Position numbers and translations under genes: made by a program
The notes under the pieces: generated by a model
The model's database searches: none
The model's input: only the letters and a program-made list of their open reading frames with translations
Told to the model about the DNA's origin: nothing
Source: Azolla caroliniana
Taxonomy: Eukaryota; Plantae; Polypodiophyta
Direction: 5' to 3'
DNA: 64,000 nt
Assembly: GCA_043228905.1 (NCBI GenBank)
Contig: JBHGNT010000003.1
Location: 9,982,001 to 10,046,000 of the forward strand
In this document: positions 1 through 12,818 of the stretch, piece by piece
Layout of the letters: every line of letters starts with the position of its first letter
Numbering within the stretch: position 1 is the first letter of the stretch

Positions 1-169
1 TGTTAAACTGCGTTATTTTGATCCCTATCTCGTTTAGTTATTTTTGGCAAATTTCTTTTGCACTATCCCTAGATTTGTATATAATGAGTATAGAAAATGC
101 GGCACTTCACTGCATTGCCAAAATACTTCATTGCAATTGTGGTGAATTGAAGGAAAATAAATGTCAACA

Positions 170-900
170 CCAATCTAGTCAATGATCACAATTATTTTTA
201 CAACTACGAAGACCCAAAGACCCAATAAGGGTAGACCATTGAAAGGTGAGAGGTTTTTGTGCAATATGAAGACCCACTTTGTAGGAGAGTTTTTACCCCA
301 TTTGAGTGGAAAAGTATTTGCAATATGGATACACAAGTAAAAGCCATAGTGGAACACCTAGCAATGTAGTTAAAATCCTATGATAAACATACTTCTACCC
401 AAACATTTATCACTTTGGATACATCTTACTTTAGAGCATGTGGTGCACATGGTAGCAGTGTTGGAGGATTGACGTATTATAAACATGTGAAAGGCTTTCA
501 CTAACACAAAGGCCATGTTCCAATTACACAGGTCATATCATATTTGGTGGAGTTTGTAAATGATGGTCCTTAGATTGTTAGTTTTAAGCTAAGCACTTAT
601 TAACCTTGTGAAAAATATGGGCACGATAGGGCATACATGGTGACTACATATGGAACTCTACCCCCTCCACAACTAGTTTCAATAAGGGGTGTGGATACTT
701 TTATGAGTTCAAGACCGATGCTAGGCTCATTAATATATCAACATGAAGCTAGCATCATGTAGACCCCCAATTGTCATTTGTGTGATAAAAATTAGGAGGG
801 GTGGTAAGAGTCTATTAGACCATTCCACAACTTTCTTTATACACTCGATAACGGACGTAGGACGTAAACAAGTGAACGATAAATCCAAGTGTAGATCTAT
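170..900 (-). mobile_element. Highly degenerate LTR-retrotransposon (integrase-like) relic
   Basis: Only short minus-strand peptide remnants resembling Gypsy integrase (W-V-E-x near 385-400; V-I-I-D near 180-200); no long ORF. Confidence 0.25.
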
Positions 901-966
901 CTAGGAACTTGTTCTATGAGAAAATTCGCGTGGGTAACTAATGACCAAAAACACTGTGAGTATGAA

Positions 967-1292
967 TAGAAATCGGCGATGGTTCGGTCTAAGATTAACT
1001 GGTTTGGTCTTGTCCAAACCAAACCGGTTAAGCCTAAACCGGTTTAGGAGTTTCCAAACTTGAACCTAACCGGTTTGGACAAACCATGTAAGCCTAAACC
1101 GGTTTACCCAAGCCAATTAAGCCTTAACCAACTTGGAAACCGGTTTGACCCAATTCGGTTTGGTTCAACTTGAGCCATCCCAAACCGAGATCAAACCGGT
1201 TAAGGAAACTCAAGCCTAAACCGAACTGCAAAACTGTCTAGAGCGGTTTAACGGTTCAGTTTAGGTTTGAGTCGAGTCGTTGCCGAGTCCTA
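967..1292. mobile_element. hAT-type MITE (~326 bp)
   Basis: Imperfect TIRs TAGAAATCGGCGATGGTTCGG / revcomp TAGGACTCGGCAACGACTCGA; 8-bp TSD AGTATGAA (959-966) / GGTATGAA (1293-1300); interior packed with AAACCGGTT motifs. Confidence 0.7.
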
Positions 1293-1309
1293 GGTATGAA
1301 GAGGGGAAA

Positions 1310-1924
1310 TTAGAGGAGAGAAAGAAAGGTGGCATTTACCTTTGGGATGGAGGGTGTTTTGTTGAAGGTGGAATGGTGCATCATGAGGTTGTACATTTGG
1401 TACTCGTCGAGGAAGGTTTCATGGGGGTGCCGAAACGCCTTGGCGAAGAAGCAATCCTGGCACAAGTCGAACGTGGCGGGCGTCGAGGGTGAGCGTTGTT
1501 GCCAACAGGTGGTACAAGTGAAGCCGATCTTAAGGATACAAGTACCGCAATTGCGGCACGCGCGCCCCCCGCGGATGGCAAGAAGGTAAAAGAGGGTGAT
1601 ACATTCATGGAAGTTTAGGGTTCCATTGCCATCGGAGTCGAGCGCATGCATGAGCATCTCAGCAGGGGTAGAAGCTTGTGCTAGTCGCTTGTAAGCTTGG
1701 GAGGCTTTAAGTTCATCAAGCGAGATGTTGCCATTGCCATCGCGGTCCATGGATCGGAACGTCTCGGAGGCTTGTGCTTGGAAGACGGGGGGTTGGGATG
1801 AGTACCATGCGAGCGCGAGCATGGTCGCTTCCTCGATGAACCTCACGTTTAAGGTGTTGATGGGGCCAAAGGCATGTGAGAAGCCCGCCCCAAGGCCAGG
1901 TACCATAGCGGATCGGGCCGACAT
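1310..1924 (-). CDS. Calcium-binding EF-hand protein with C-terminal ZZ-like zinc finger (intronless, 204 aa)
   Basis: Two EF-hand loops (DRDGNGNISLDE, DSDGNGTLNFHE) followed by CxxC...CxxC...DLCxxC...HxH..F.D; GC-rich single ORF. Confidence 0.85.
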   Translation of the reverse strand: MSARSAMVPGLGAGFSHAFGPINTLNVRFIEEATMLALAWYSSQPPVFQAQASETFRSMDRDGNGNISLDELKASQAYKRLAQASTPAEMLMHALDSDGNGTLNFHECITLFYLLAIRGGRACRNCGTCILKIGFTCTTCWQQRSPSTPATFDLCQDCFFAKAFRHPHETFLDEYQMYNLMMHHSTFNKTPSIPKVNATFLSLL

Positions 1925-2214
1925 ACCTGGCTAGGGACGGCGCTAAGTGGAAGCACACACGCACACACAAAGACACAAAGACAAGGCACAGAGAGTGAGG
2001 GAGGTGTTCAAGTTATGTTATAATACATAGTGAGGGACATTTTTGTTTTGTTTTGGGGGTTCGCCTGCCAAAAGAGAAGGAAAACCGTTGGTTGTTATTT
2101 TAGAGAGGGAGAGAGAAGTTTCACGGAATGCCCACATCCTCACACAAATACATTGTATGTGTATGTATGTGTTAAATACACGTTTTTCACACAATCCTGT
2201 GTTTTTTGCACGTG

Positions 2215-2215
2215 T

Positions 2216-2282
<67 letters not shown>

Positions 2283-2500
2283 TAATACACACACACACAC
2301 ACACATATAATATATACCATATCCAAACATGTTTTATTTATAGCCTTTACCGAATTATGTATGCATTTATTGTATGTATCTATTTATTGTATGTATGTAT
2401 CTATTGTATGTATGTATGTATGTATGTATGTATGTATGTATGTATGTATGTATGTATGTATGTATGTATGTATGTATGTATGTATTGTATGCATGTATGT
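2215..2500. repeat. Compound microsatellites (CT)n(AT)n(CA)n and (TATG)n
   Basis: Directly visible at 2215-2305 and about 2390-2500; they explain the spurious CMYV/HTYI ORFs. Confidence 0.95.
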
Positions 2501-5071
2501 ATGCAAGCATATATGTATCAAAGTGTACCTCCCCACTTTCTGGCCCTTCATTGTATTGCTAGATTCTCGTGAAAAAACAAATATAGGCAACTTGTTTCTA
2601 TATAGAAAAAACAGGGCTCATGGATGACCGTCAATATCGAGAGCAAGGTAATATCCATCCATTCATTGTCGAATACTTTTTCCTACCCTATCACCTTCAT
2701 AATCCACATCTTTATAAGTTATGACATCACTCTGTGATTTAAGTAATGTCCCTCGTCATAAAACTCTATTTTGTTGCAAAAATTTTCTAGTACCAATTCA
2801 TCTCTGAAATTTTGGGAATGATTTCTTTTACTAGCACAATATATTGATCGGTAAAATAGGACTTATCATTGGCCTTCTATTGACATTGCCACATGATCAT
2901 GTTGGTGGGTGTACCATGCATGGTGTCAACTACCATTGGCCTAAAGTTTGGTGGGAGGTTGTCTCTATCATTGTACACGTGTTACTCATGATCTTTAGAG
3001 ACATGGTTAGGCATAACACTTTTAAAGGTGGTTTGTAAGGTAAATAAAGGCATCAACAACATTGCCAATTTTTGTAAAGCTTGTGTGAGGAAATATGTAT
3101 TGACAACAACCCCAACCATTTATAGATAGAAATGAGGATTGGCCACCATATCATGCTTATATTTATCGAATTTCAGTTTGTTGCGATTAGATATCACCTT
3201 GACTTCATGCTTGAGATAACGTTGATGTTACCAATTTAATATTGCTCCTCATTCCTATAGGAGAAGATTGTCCTTGTTGTAATTGGATGATGGACCTATT
3301 TTACTATTCTAACTTGCCTAGCCCATGTAGCACTTCTTGCTTGGATGTGTGTACCAGAAAAAGTATCATATGTCATTATGTACCACACATGCACTAGACA
3401 TGTATGTAGACACCTTTATGTTGACTCCTTATGAGGGCTATACATTATGTATGTCCAATTTTAGTACCCTATATTGACTCAAGGGAGCACATTCAGCCCT
3501 TGAATGTAACAATGTGTTGAAAGGTGAATGGACAAATTATCCACAAAATATTCCTACATCACATCTTGTATGCCACGTGCTCCCATACGAGTTGGGGTTG
3601 TACTCATGGTGGATGATTGTTGCAATCATATCCAAGGACATTAGTATAAGTGTATTAGAGATGAATAACATAACCGAAGAAACCATACAACGTTGCAAGA
3701 AGATTTTGCTATTGAGGTTGGCACTCATTTTATTCACGAATTTCCCTAAGCAATTTCCTCTACTCCCTAGAAGGGAACATATATAATTTCTTAGAAATTT
3801 GGGGGTGACTATGTAGTAGTGAGCAAACGGAAAAGTTTGTGAGCTTCACTTTTCCCAACAAAGTTGTGGACAAATTGAGCTCGACATCTGCATATTGGTA
3901 AGCCTATTGATCAGCAAAAGTCCAATTACTGTCAAAGCATATTCTTGTCACCTTGATGTCTAGTATACTATTTTACACTAGCATATACATTCTTACTCTA
4001 ATCTCCCTAGGGTATATTTCTCTTTATGTTCACAAAGTATGTTCCTCTCTTACTCTAATTTTTCCTCGAGGTATTTTCCTTCTTTTACCCTAATCTACGT
4101 AAGATATATTTCATCTCATTGTACTTTCCATTGGGAATATTCCTTCACTTGCATTGCATGATCCTACACCTTTGATTGAACCCCAAAAGCCTCCTTAGAC
4201 GTTGGGGTAGAAAGTGATCCACACCATGTTAACATCTAATCATCATTGAACAAGATTGTGCATTTGAATGCCTACTCGCAATTCGTAAAAAGCACCTAGT
4301 GCATCATAAGGATATTTGAACACATCAGATATATTCACAGATTTAGCACAACTTTCAAGCACAACCCCATGACGCACCTGGTCTATCAAGGAGATTGATT
4401 ATCAATGGAAGAAACGATATTAGGAGTTCCAATACAAGAGTTGTAAGGTAATGCACACAGCTGCAGGAATTTAAAAATATACATCAAGTTCAATGCCAAC
4501 AAATTCAATGGATTACAATAACAAATATTAAGTAAAACTTGCTCAAATTACAATAAACATAAGTAGCTTAAACCACGATGAATTACAATTTTCCAGTGTA
4601 TATCGATCATGAGAACTCAATCCATTTCTACAGCCTTCAATCCGCAATCAGTATAAATTACAACTTTCAATACCAACTTCTGCAAAACTCTGTACTGATA
4701 AAAATTTCATAAGAACCAAACAATATGGTTGCTTGTACTGTTTAAAGTATAGTTAAATATATTCAGTTATACATCTACAATATCCTGCCTCTGGTTTGCA
4801 TCAGAGAGCTAAATATATTTTAGTTACACATCCTTAAGTTCATCATTGCCCTCGGAAAGTAACTCCTCTGCAAGGTCTTCGGGAGCTCATTTGAAGTTTG
4901 CTACTAATTTCAGTCAACCAGATGAGCATCGTACAAAAAGTCCATGACGTTCTTGTATCACTAAACTTATTTTTGGTGTAATGATGATAATGATGACTAA
5001 AAGCAACTGGCATTTGTGGTCAACAATAACTAACGATGTCCAGTGTTCACATCCATGACAGTTGGTACATA

Positions 5072-8000
5072 TCACTTCTTCTTGCTTTTACCTTTATGAA
5101 CCTTGTTCTTCCCTTTCATGCTTTTCCCTTTAAAATTCAGGGCCTCAGATGCACTCAAACCCTTCATTTTTCTTGTCATTTGAGTGATACTCGTAAGACC
5201 CTTTCTCGCAGCTGCTTTCTTACCGCTTCTTCTATTCATCATCTTTGGATCAAGCGGCCAGTATGCATACGGGTCGAGTTTTCCTTCTCGCTTCACATCA
5301 CCTTTCCCATTCCCCTTTTTATTTGTATACTCTTCTCCAGTGTACGCCCATCCAGTCTCAGTTTTCCTCTTCTTGCTTCCTTGCCCATTCAATTTCATTT
5401 TGCCATTATTACTCTTCCCACTTCTTGTGCTTTGCGTATCTACATCATTGTTACCTTTAGAAGATGCCTTTTTCTTCTTCATCATGTTTTCATCCGGAAC
5501 TATGAACCGCCCATCTAAGTCGATCTCTAGGTCATCATCACTGTCATCATTCTTTCTCTTCAGCTTGTTGGTGGACAAGACGGATCGCGTTTTCTGTGCA
5601 TCTAAGAGATCCAATGGTTCAGTTTCACCATCAAAGTCATCTTCGGGAAGCATTTTGTTTGATTTGCGTAGTTTTCGGGCTGACCTAATAAATCACAAGT
5701 ACAGAAAAAGTGGTTACAGATACATGAACCTTTTCTCCAAAAGAAATATAATGGTTGATGATTTAAATACCTCATGGTGGTCCGCGACTGTTTGCTCAAT
5801 GCCACAGTGGAAGTGTCTAGATCGTCCATATCTTCATCATCACTTCCCTCTTCATTGTCAAAGAATTCTGTGTGCTGCCATTTGCTTTGCCTACATCAAG
5901 ACATAAAAGTTCATGGAGTCCATAAATAGACATGAAATAATTACATATGTAAAACATTCTATGCAAAGACAGACATGTATGCATACACATATACACACAT
6001 TCACACACATATATATCTATACACACATTTATATACATATAAATATATTTATACATGTAAATTTATGTATTAAATTTACATATGTAAATAGACATGAAAT
6101 AATTACATATGTAAAACATTCTATGCAAAGACAGACACGTATGCATACACATATACACACATTCACACACATATATATCTATACACACATTTATATACAT
6201 ATAAATATATTTATACATGTAAATTTATGTATTAAACATGTGTAATGTCAGGACCAACCTTCCTGATGTTGCATGTGATTTAACTGATTGATTTTCATCA
6301 CCTCCTTTCTTTTGCTTTTCTTTTTCTTTTCTCTCTTTCATCTGTAATATCAGTCAAATCAAAATGAAATTTAGGTTTGAAATAAAACGAAATCCCTTCA
6401 TAATCATGCATGACATATACCTTCCGAATATGAGTTATTAGCTTTGCATGAGGCTCAGGTGTCACTGCAGAAACTGCTTGTAGGCCACATTTCCTAACAA
6501 GCATTTCAAAAAGCACTCGGACCTGAACAAATATAAATAGAATTGTACAAAGGTCAGTTTCTGGGAGTGAACCTAAAGCATTCATCATTCTTGTTGTCTG
6601 CTCTTCCAAGGAATATCAGTTTTTACTCAATGTGGGCATTCCTAAATTTATGCAAGGACAAGCATAATGTCTCAAAACAAGATGTCAAAGAACTGAACAT
6701 ATATACCCCCATAATCTGGCTTTTCAATATGTATTCACACGGTATTTATCAACTATATAGCAGGGCAACAGCTTTCTCTTATACTTATGGTTCACCTCCT
6801 AGCACTGGAGTAGCAAATGTTGAGCAATGAACAGCTGACCACAACATAGCAAACTGACTGTAGCAGCTCTTGTGTGGGCAAACCTCAGAATTCTTGTTCT
6901 TGTATCTCTTCTCTTACTCAATAGCACACACATAGATGCTGAAAGACTTAGGACTTGTAGAATAAAAACAAATACCTTAGCTTTGAAATGATTTTTGGAA
7001 TCATCAGACCACAATAAAAGTCCCTCCACCATACTTTTGAGATGTTCCTGCAGATGTTCAACAGGTTGCCGTGCAGCCACAACTTTCAGAAAACCTAGAA
7101 CTGACTGAAGATCAAAAGCATTGTTGTTGGTTAGCTTGATGATTCAATGCACTTTATAAGATGAGCTCAAACAGCATTAAAATAACAGCTGAAATATGCA
7201 TTGCCTTAATAACTTCTCTACTCTTGGCGTGCAACAAAAGTAGGGCAGATGGAAGGAGTTCAGGGATGGTGTGGCAAAGATCATGGAATTCATATATTAA
7301 TCTAGCAAGGCCCGTAATTGCTGCACTTTGCATATGTGGCGTTGTTCCGGCTAAACAACCAACAATCTGCAAAGCAAATAAAACAAATCAAGGAGAATTT
7401 ATCTATCCGAATCAAAGAGGGGAGAGTATGGACGGAGAACTTACCATGGTGAAAAACTCAAGCAACTTGCCATCAGAATTAAATGGATCAGCATCTTTCA
7501 AGCTGTGACCCACTTGAACTAGAATGTCATAAGCTGTGTTCCGTGTCTTTATGTTCGACTGTTCAGAAATTCAATCAAATTCAGTTGGATAACATATTTT
7601 CAAAAAGTCTAGACAGCTGTATTATCTACTTCAAATACTACTTTTGAAGGGACAACAATCATCTAAAAACACATAAAATACAAACATACTATTAAATTTC
7701 TTTAAATATCGCAGGTCCTTTCCCACAAGTATTTTGAACAATAAATAAAATTGTAGAGAAGTAGATGGTTACCTCTTTTGTTGCCAAAATAATTTCACCC
7801 ACAAAAGAACTCAATACCTTGTCTCCATTTCCATTCTCCATTTTTTCCTGCTTGGGAAATATAACATTGCCACATGCATAAATTAAATCATAATAAACAA
7901 AACTAATTCAGATAAATATTCTGCTAAGCATATACCCTAAACACATGGAGTATAAGTGGATGTAAGCAACTTAGCCGATGGCGTTTGGCTGAGAAATGGC

Positions 8001-11000
8001 AAATTGGCATTGCCACAAGCAGTAATTCCAGTACATCACTGGATTTTCTATCAAGAAACCCCACAGATTCCTTCAAAACAATTTGTAGTCAATACTGCAT
8101 CCATACAATAATATACCAAGCAGGAATACAAGAGAAGAAAATTAATAGTTCATTGAATCCTACCTTGCATAGACCAGCCAAAACTTTGTATCCCTTTTTC
8201 TGTATGGTTCCGTCTGGATCCTGATAGAGTTCAGATTCGGTGAAACCAAGTTTCTTACAAAATAGGACAACTGAACTTTTAGAGCTTTGATTACCTGCAA
8301 TGTAGGCTTTACTGCTGTAAACAAAATTCCAACACTTTCATCATCCAATCCATGCAATAAAGACAAAGCCAAGTCCATAAATATACACCTGCAAGATAAG
8401 TCAAATGAATAAGATTATACAGCAATATAAGAAACAGGTGTGCAACGCAAATACAAGTTTAGCACTACCTTCTCGATGAAGCAGATTCTTCTTTCTTTGG
8501 TCCAGTTAGATCCATTAGGTCAGCACCTTTCAGCTTCTCTGGTTCAGCGGCTTCTTTTGTTGCTTTCAAAAGCTTCTGCATGATGCTTACAAAAAAGTCC
8601 TTCACCACTTTCTTCTCTGAGATCGATGCAAAATCACCAATGGTATCCTGATATAAAACCAAGTAATTTTAAACTTTTGATAACAAGCCTATAATTTTTG
8701 TATGTATTAACATTTTCAGACCAAGGTGAAAATTTGCTCAAAGTCACGGTTTATAAATTTATGATATAGAAAAATTACAAATTACAAATTACAAATTACA
8801 ATAGAAAAACATATGTTAGAAAATTATTTTTGCTTTATATATTGAAGTGCATAAATACCTGTAGGACTCCACGCTTCTCCGGGGCAGATGCTATAAAGAT
8901 GTTAAACAGAAGGGGAAGGAAGTTTCTTGAAAATGAAGCAATAGCTGCAAGATTTGCCTTTGCATGCATTTCAGTGTAAAGTGCCTTCACTCTCTCTTCT
9001 GCAGCCTTGTTTGGAAACACCCCTTCAACAGAATCTTCCTGATTAGCCATACAAGAAGCTGTATCTCCACATGCATCCTTGTTTTGCCTTATAAGCATCT
9101 AGAAAATACGAGCAATAAACAGTCAAAACACTGCATATACACATTATCTGATAGAATAAACAGCAAATGGGAATCATTTGTGTCATCATAGTAAGAATAC
9201 TAACACTGCATATACACATTATCTGATAGAATAAACAGCAAATGGGAATCATTTGTGTCATCATAGTAAGAATACTTTTCTCTTATAAATTCTCAACAGA
9301 AGAAGAAAATAAAACATCCACCTTACCTGCAAACCACGACATATTACACCTCTCAATTCAGGTTCCTCAGAAAGCACACTCCCCACAGATTTTGCGACCA
9401 GCCCAAAACTTTTCTGTGTATCCGATGGATAGTTGCAGAATGCAGGAAATAACATCCAAAGAGATTGTACAAGAGCTTCTGCTTTCTTGGCTGTTGTGGG
9501 TTTTCCTTCTGCTGAAAACTGTCGACAATAGAGAATATATGAATATGATCATGCATCTAAATATTACAAACATGTTGGTTTGGCATAGTTAAAAATATCA
9601 CAAAACCTTTTTGATTTTGTCTTGTAGCGACCGGATAACAGGGACTATTTTATCTGAGAAGTATTTTAACTCAGACCCAATTATATTCTGGCGTAGTATA
9701 GGCAACAACCATACTTGGGCCTTTGAAAAGTCAGCAGAATCAAGGTGTAATGGAAGCAATCTCAAAAACTTGTCTGGGCCCATTGCAGCAATTGCTGCAC
9801 CAACAGATCTATGCAACTGCAAAGCATAAATTACAAGCAAAAAAGCAATAAATTTGAGAAAGAGAATACTATCAATTGTGTTATAGCACCTATTATGAAT
9901 AATATATACCTGCTTACGGCATGTAATATTTTCATCAGAAAGGGCCTCGAGATCAGCTAGAGCTTGAGTAGTGTCTGACATTAGAACAAATGATGATTCA
10001 CCTGTAAACCATGCAATATCTCTATGAATACCTCAGAAAGCCATTATATAATATCAATGCTTCACATGAAAAGCTTATTACTTACCAAGTTTATTGAATA
10101 ACGCAGTGACAACCTGCAAACTAACATCCCATGCACTACTGTACTGATAACCAAGTAGACTACAAGCTATTACACAAACGCGTCCAATAACACTCGGGCC
10201 CACACTCGGAGACTTTCCTTCTGACTGTACACAAGGATTCCCTTGTTCTATCGTAGAATTATCTATGCATTTTTCAATCAAACCCTTCAGACAATCTCCT
10301 GCTGCATATACTGCTTCCTCCTGCTGAAATGCAAGCATTCCTGCAATACTCACACATTTCATTGCGTATAATTTCATTATGCCGGAGTTTGAGTTGAAAG
10401 TGTGCGAGTCAAATCAGTAAATGAATGAGAGAAAATGTGCTCCATATAGAGACTAAAATAAAAACTAGATCGAAAGTTTCACATTTCTATAAACTTTGGG
10501 GTTCAATCACTACATTATCCTCCACTTGTTTGATAGTCATTGCAATATCTACACTTGGAACCACACAATCGTATGTCTACAACTGTTTGATTCAATCATG
10601 ATAAGCTCTAGAACACGTGATCCAATATCTCAAAAAACAAATGATTATAAATGACATGTGAAAAGTTTGGAGTAGATTAAACAAATATTTGCATACCTGC
10701 TAGGGATTGGAAAACTAATGGGAGCTTCAATGCACAAGCCTTTGGATCAATAACATTAAGCTTTTCCATGCCATTTCTCAAGACCCTTGCAGCAACCATG
10801 TTTTCATCACCAGCCTTTCGGTCTTCAGCAATCATCCCAGCAAGCTTTTCAAGTAACTCGGTTAATATGCCAGAGGGAATATCTGTGGCACTATTGGAAA
10901 ATAGTGGGTGCAATGTATTCAAAATTTGCCTTGAGAGAAAGGTTTGCCGAAGCTCTAGCAATTTAGTGAAAAATACCAGGAGCCTTCCTATAGACTTTCC

Positions 11001-12724
11001 TGACATCAGTGGCAATAGTAGCTTTAATGCATTCAAGAGATATAGGATTTGGAGAGCAGCTCCGCTGCCTGATTTGCCTGAGGATTTATCAGAAGAAGTG
11101 TCTTCCTTTGTTTGGCTTACTGCCAAGAATAACTTCTCAAACAACGTCACAATAGCATCACTCGCCATCATAAGCGAAATGGAACCCTGAAGTACTCTAA
11201 GTGCTTCGGCTGTACATTCATGTGCCCTTTTCCGCACCTGAAAAAATTGTGTTCATTAATAAGAAAGCATATGGTACAAGACGATATTTATTATTTTTTG
11301 TAATATGGTTGTGTAGCTAAAAAGATTAATGATGATAGAAATTAGTTCTGTACTTTCTCCAGGAAGGCCCATCCCAGAGTGAAAATTAAGGGGGTAATGT
11401 AAATGGATGATGTTTGTTGGAGAATCCAATGTTATAAAGGAATAAGAGTAAATTCATTGATTGAAACAATGTCACTACCTTGATATTCTGTTACATGCAA
11501 TGATATCACAATAGTGAGACTATGCAAGATAAAAGTCCAACTATCCGATTGTTCAATTACCTTGAGCTTTGGATCAACCGATGCAGCTAATCGGACAAGC
11601 CATTCATAAACAAGCAAGAACTCAAGAAAGAAAAAGAAACCTACTGATTTTGGCTTATCAATAAGGTAATTCATAGTTACCTTGGACCTCCGATCAGCAC
11701 AATGCTTCATAGGGGCATTAAAAAGTGGGCCTGAGGCTTATCAGCCAACGCAAAGAAAGACCACTTGCAATCCAATAAAAACGTGAAAAAGGAACAAACA
11801 AATTTTACTTAATCAAAACATTACCATTTATCTTAGGCCCAATATTGCAGCAATGATTGACAAAGAGTTTTGGGACTATTTCACAAAAGTGTAACAATTC
11901 AAGAAAGATCAAAGCAAAAACAACTAATTCGAGAGAGTTTTTGGCCAACAAGTGCAAAGAAAAAACAACTAAACCAACTCATTAATCAAAGCATGCAGGG
12001 AAATCATATAGTTAAAAACACAAAACGGGAAACCAATTAAAGCCATAACACATACCCTGGGTCTTGGATCAAAGCAATACTTGACAATGGCATTGAATGC
12101 GGGGCCAAGGCTTGCCCAATCAGATTTATCAGCGGCTCGTAAGAGCACAACAATGCACGTGAAACCATGCTTAAGAGTACCAGCAGACGCATTCTCATTC
12201 TCTACAATCCCAACAAGAATCAAAAGGCCTTCGCCACCTTTAGACCTCAACACATTGTGAGGAACCTTAGGGAGCACCATAGCCAAAAATGTGCACAAAG
12301 CTGTAGAGACATGGTCATCTCCACCATCACCATTATCATCAGTATTATTATTCATAAAAATAAGGTTACAGTCATCGTCACCATCAATTTTAGTATCAAT
12401 TTTATTCTTTTTTTTACTATGTTTGGTTTTCTTGTGTTTAATAGTGTTGTGATTATTGAGATTGATGTTTTTGCGCTGTCTTTCTAGGGCTGACATGGTG
12501 GCAGCGAAGAAGGCAGTGGGAGAGGAAGGGAGGCCCTGTTCTCGGATCACGTCGGCCATGGCGGAGACAACGGCGACGAGATGGCGATGCTCTGGAGCTT
12601 CGGATTTCCCGAACCTGGAAAGGACGAAGGAGTGGAGATCTTGGTCTTTCCCTTCGGCGGGATCATGGGCTGCAATCAATTCGGTGGTGTCCATGGCCCC
12701 TTCTTCCGCTTCTGCCATCGCCAT
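5072..12724 (-). CDS. RRP12: RRP12-like ribosome biogenesis protein (HEAT/NUC173), 19 exons
   Basis: Exons in transcript order: 12724-12056, 11237-10697, 10340-10086, 10001-9910, 9816-9607, 9518-9327, 9098-8859, 8647-8469, 8388-8295, 8220-8164, 8070-7936, 7847-7773, 7558-7445, 7366-7205, 7104-6976, 6522-6421, 6341-6259, 5890-5771, 5684-5072. Splice phases are consistent. Motifs include PTAFFAA, GAAIAAMGP, WLLPIL, LFPAFCNYP, FKAKVR..FEMLVRKCG and GDVKREGKLDPYAYWPLD. Confidence 0.93.
5923..6235. repeat. Intronic tandem duplication, period ~162 bp
   Basis: TAAATAGACATGAAATAATTACATATG... starts at 5923 and again at 6085, near-identical. Confidence 0.9.
9128..9275. repeat. Intronic tandem duplication, period ~75 bp
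   Basis: ACACTGCATATACACATTATCTGATAG...GTAAGAATACT occurs twice in tandem. Confidence 0.9.
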
Positions 12725-12809
12725 AGCTCTGCACTGCAGGCTGTTGGATGGATGGGTTTGAGTGGAGAGAGACAAGAGACAAGAGACAAGAGACAGAGAC
12801 AGAGAGGTC

Positions 12810-12818
12810 TTAGGGTTT
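12810..12818 (-). promoter_or_regulatory. telo-box (AAACCCTAA) upstream of the RRP12 start codon
   Basis: Exact motif ~90 nt upstream of the ATG; telo-boxes are established elements of plant ribosome-biogenesis genes. Confidence 0.55.

Noticed and set aside
2018-2627. Several 60-180 aa ORFs
   Set aside because: Artefacts of (CT)n, (AT)n and (TATG)n microsatellites.
2620-4200. Possible decayed retroelement between the EF-hand gene and RRP12
   Set aside because: Only faint hints; no motif, terminus or TSD that could be supported.
5036-5906. Long plus-strand ORFs over the RRP12 3' exons
   Set aside because: Antisense shadows of purine-rich coding sequence with no recognisable motifs.
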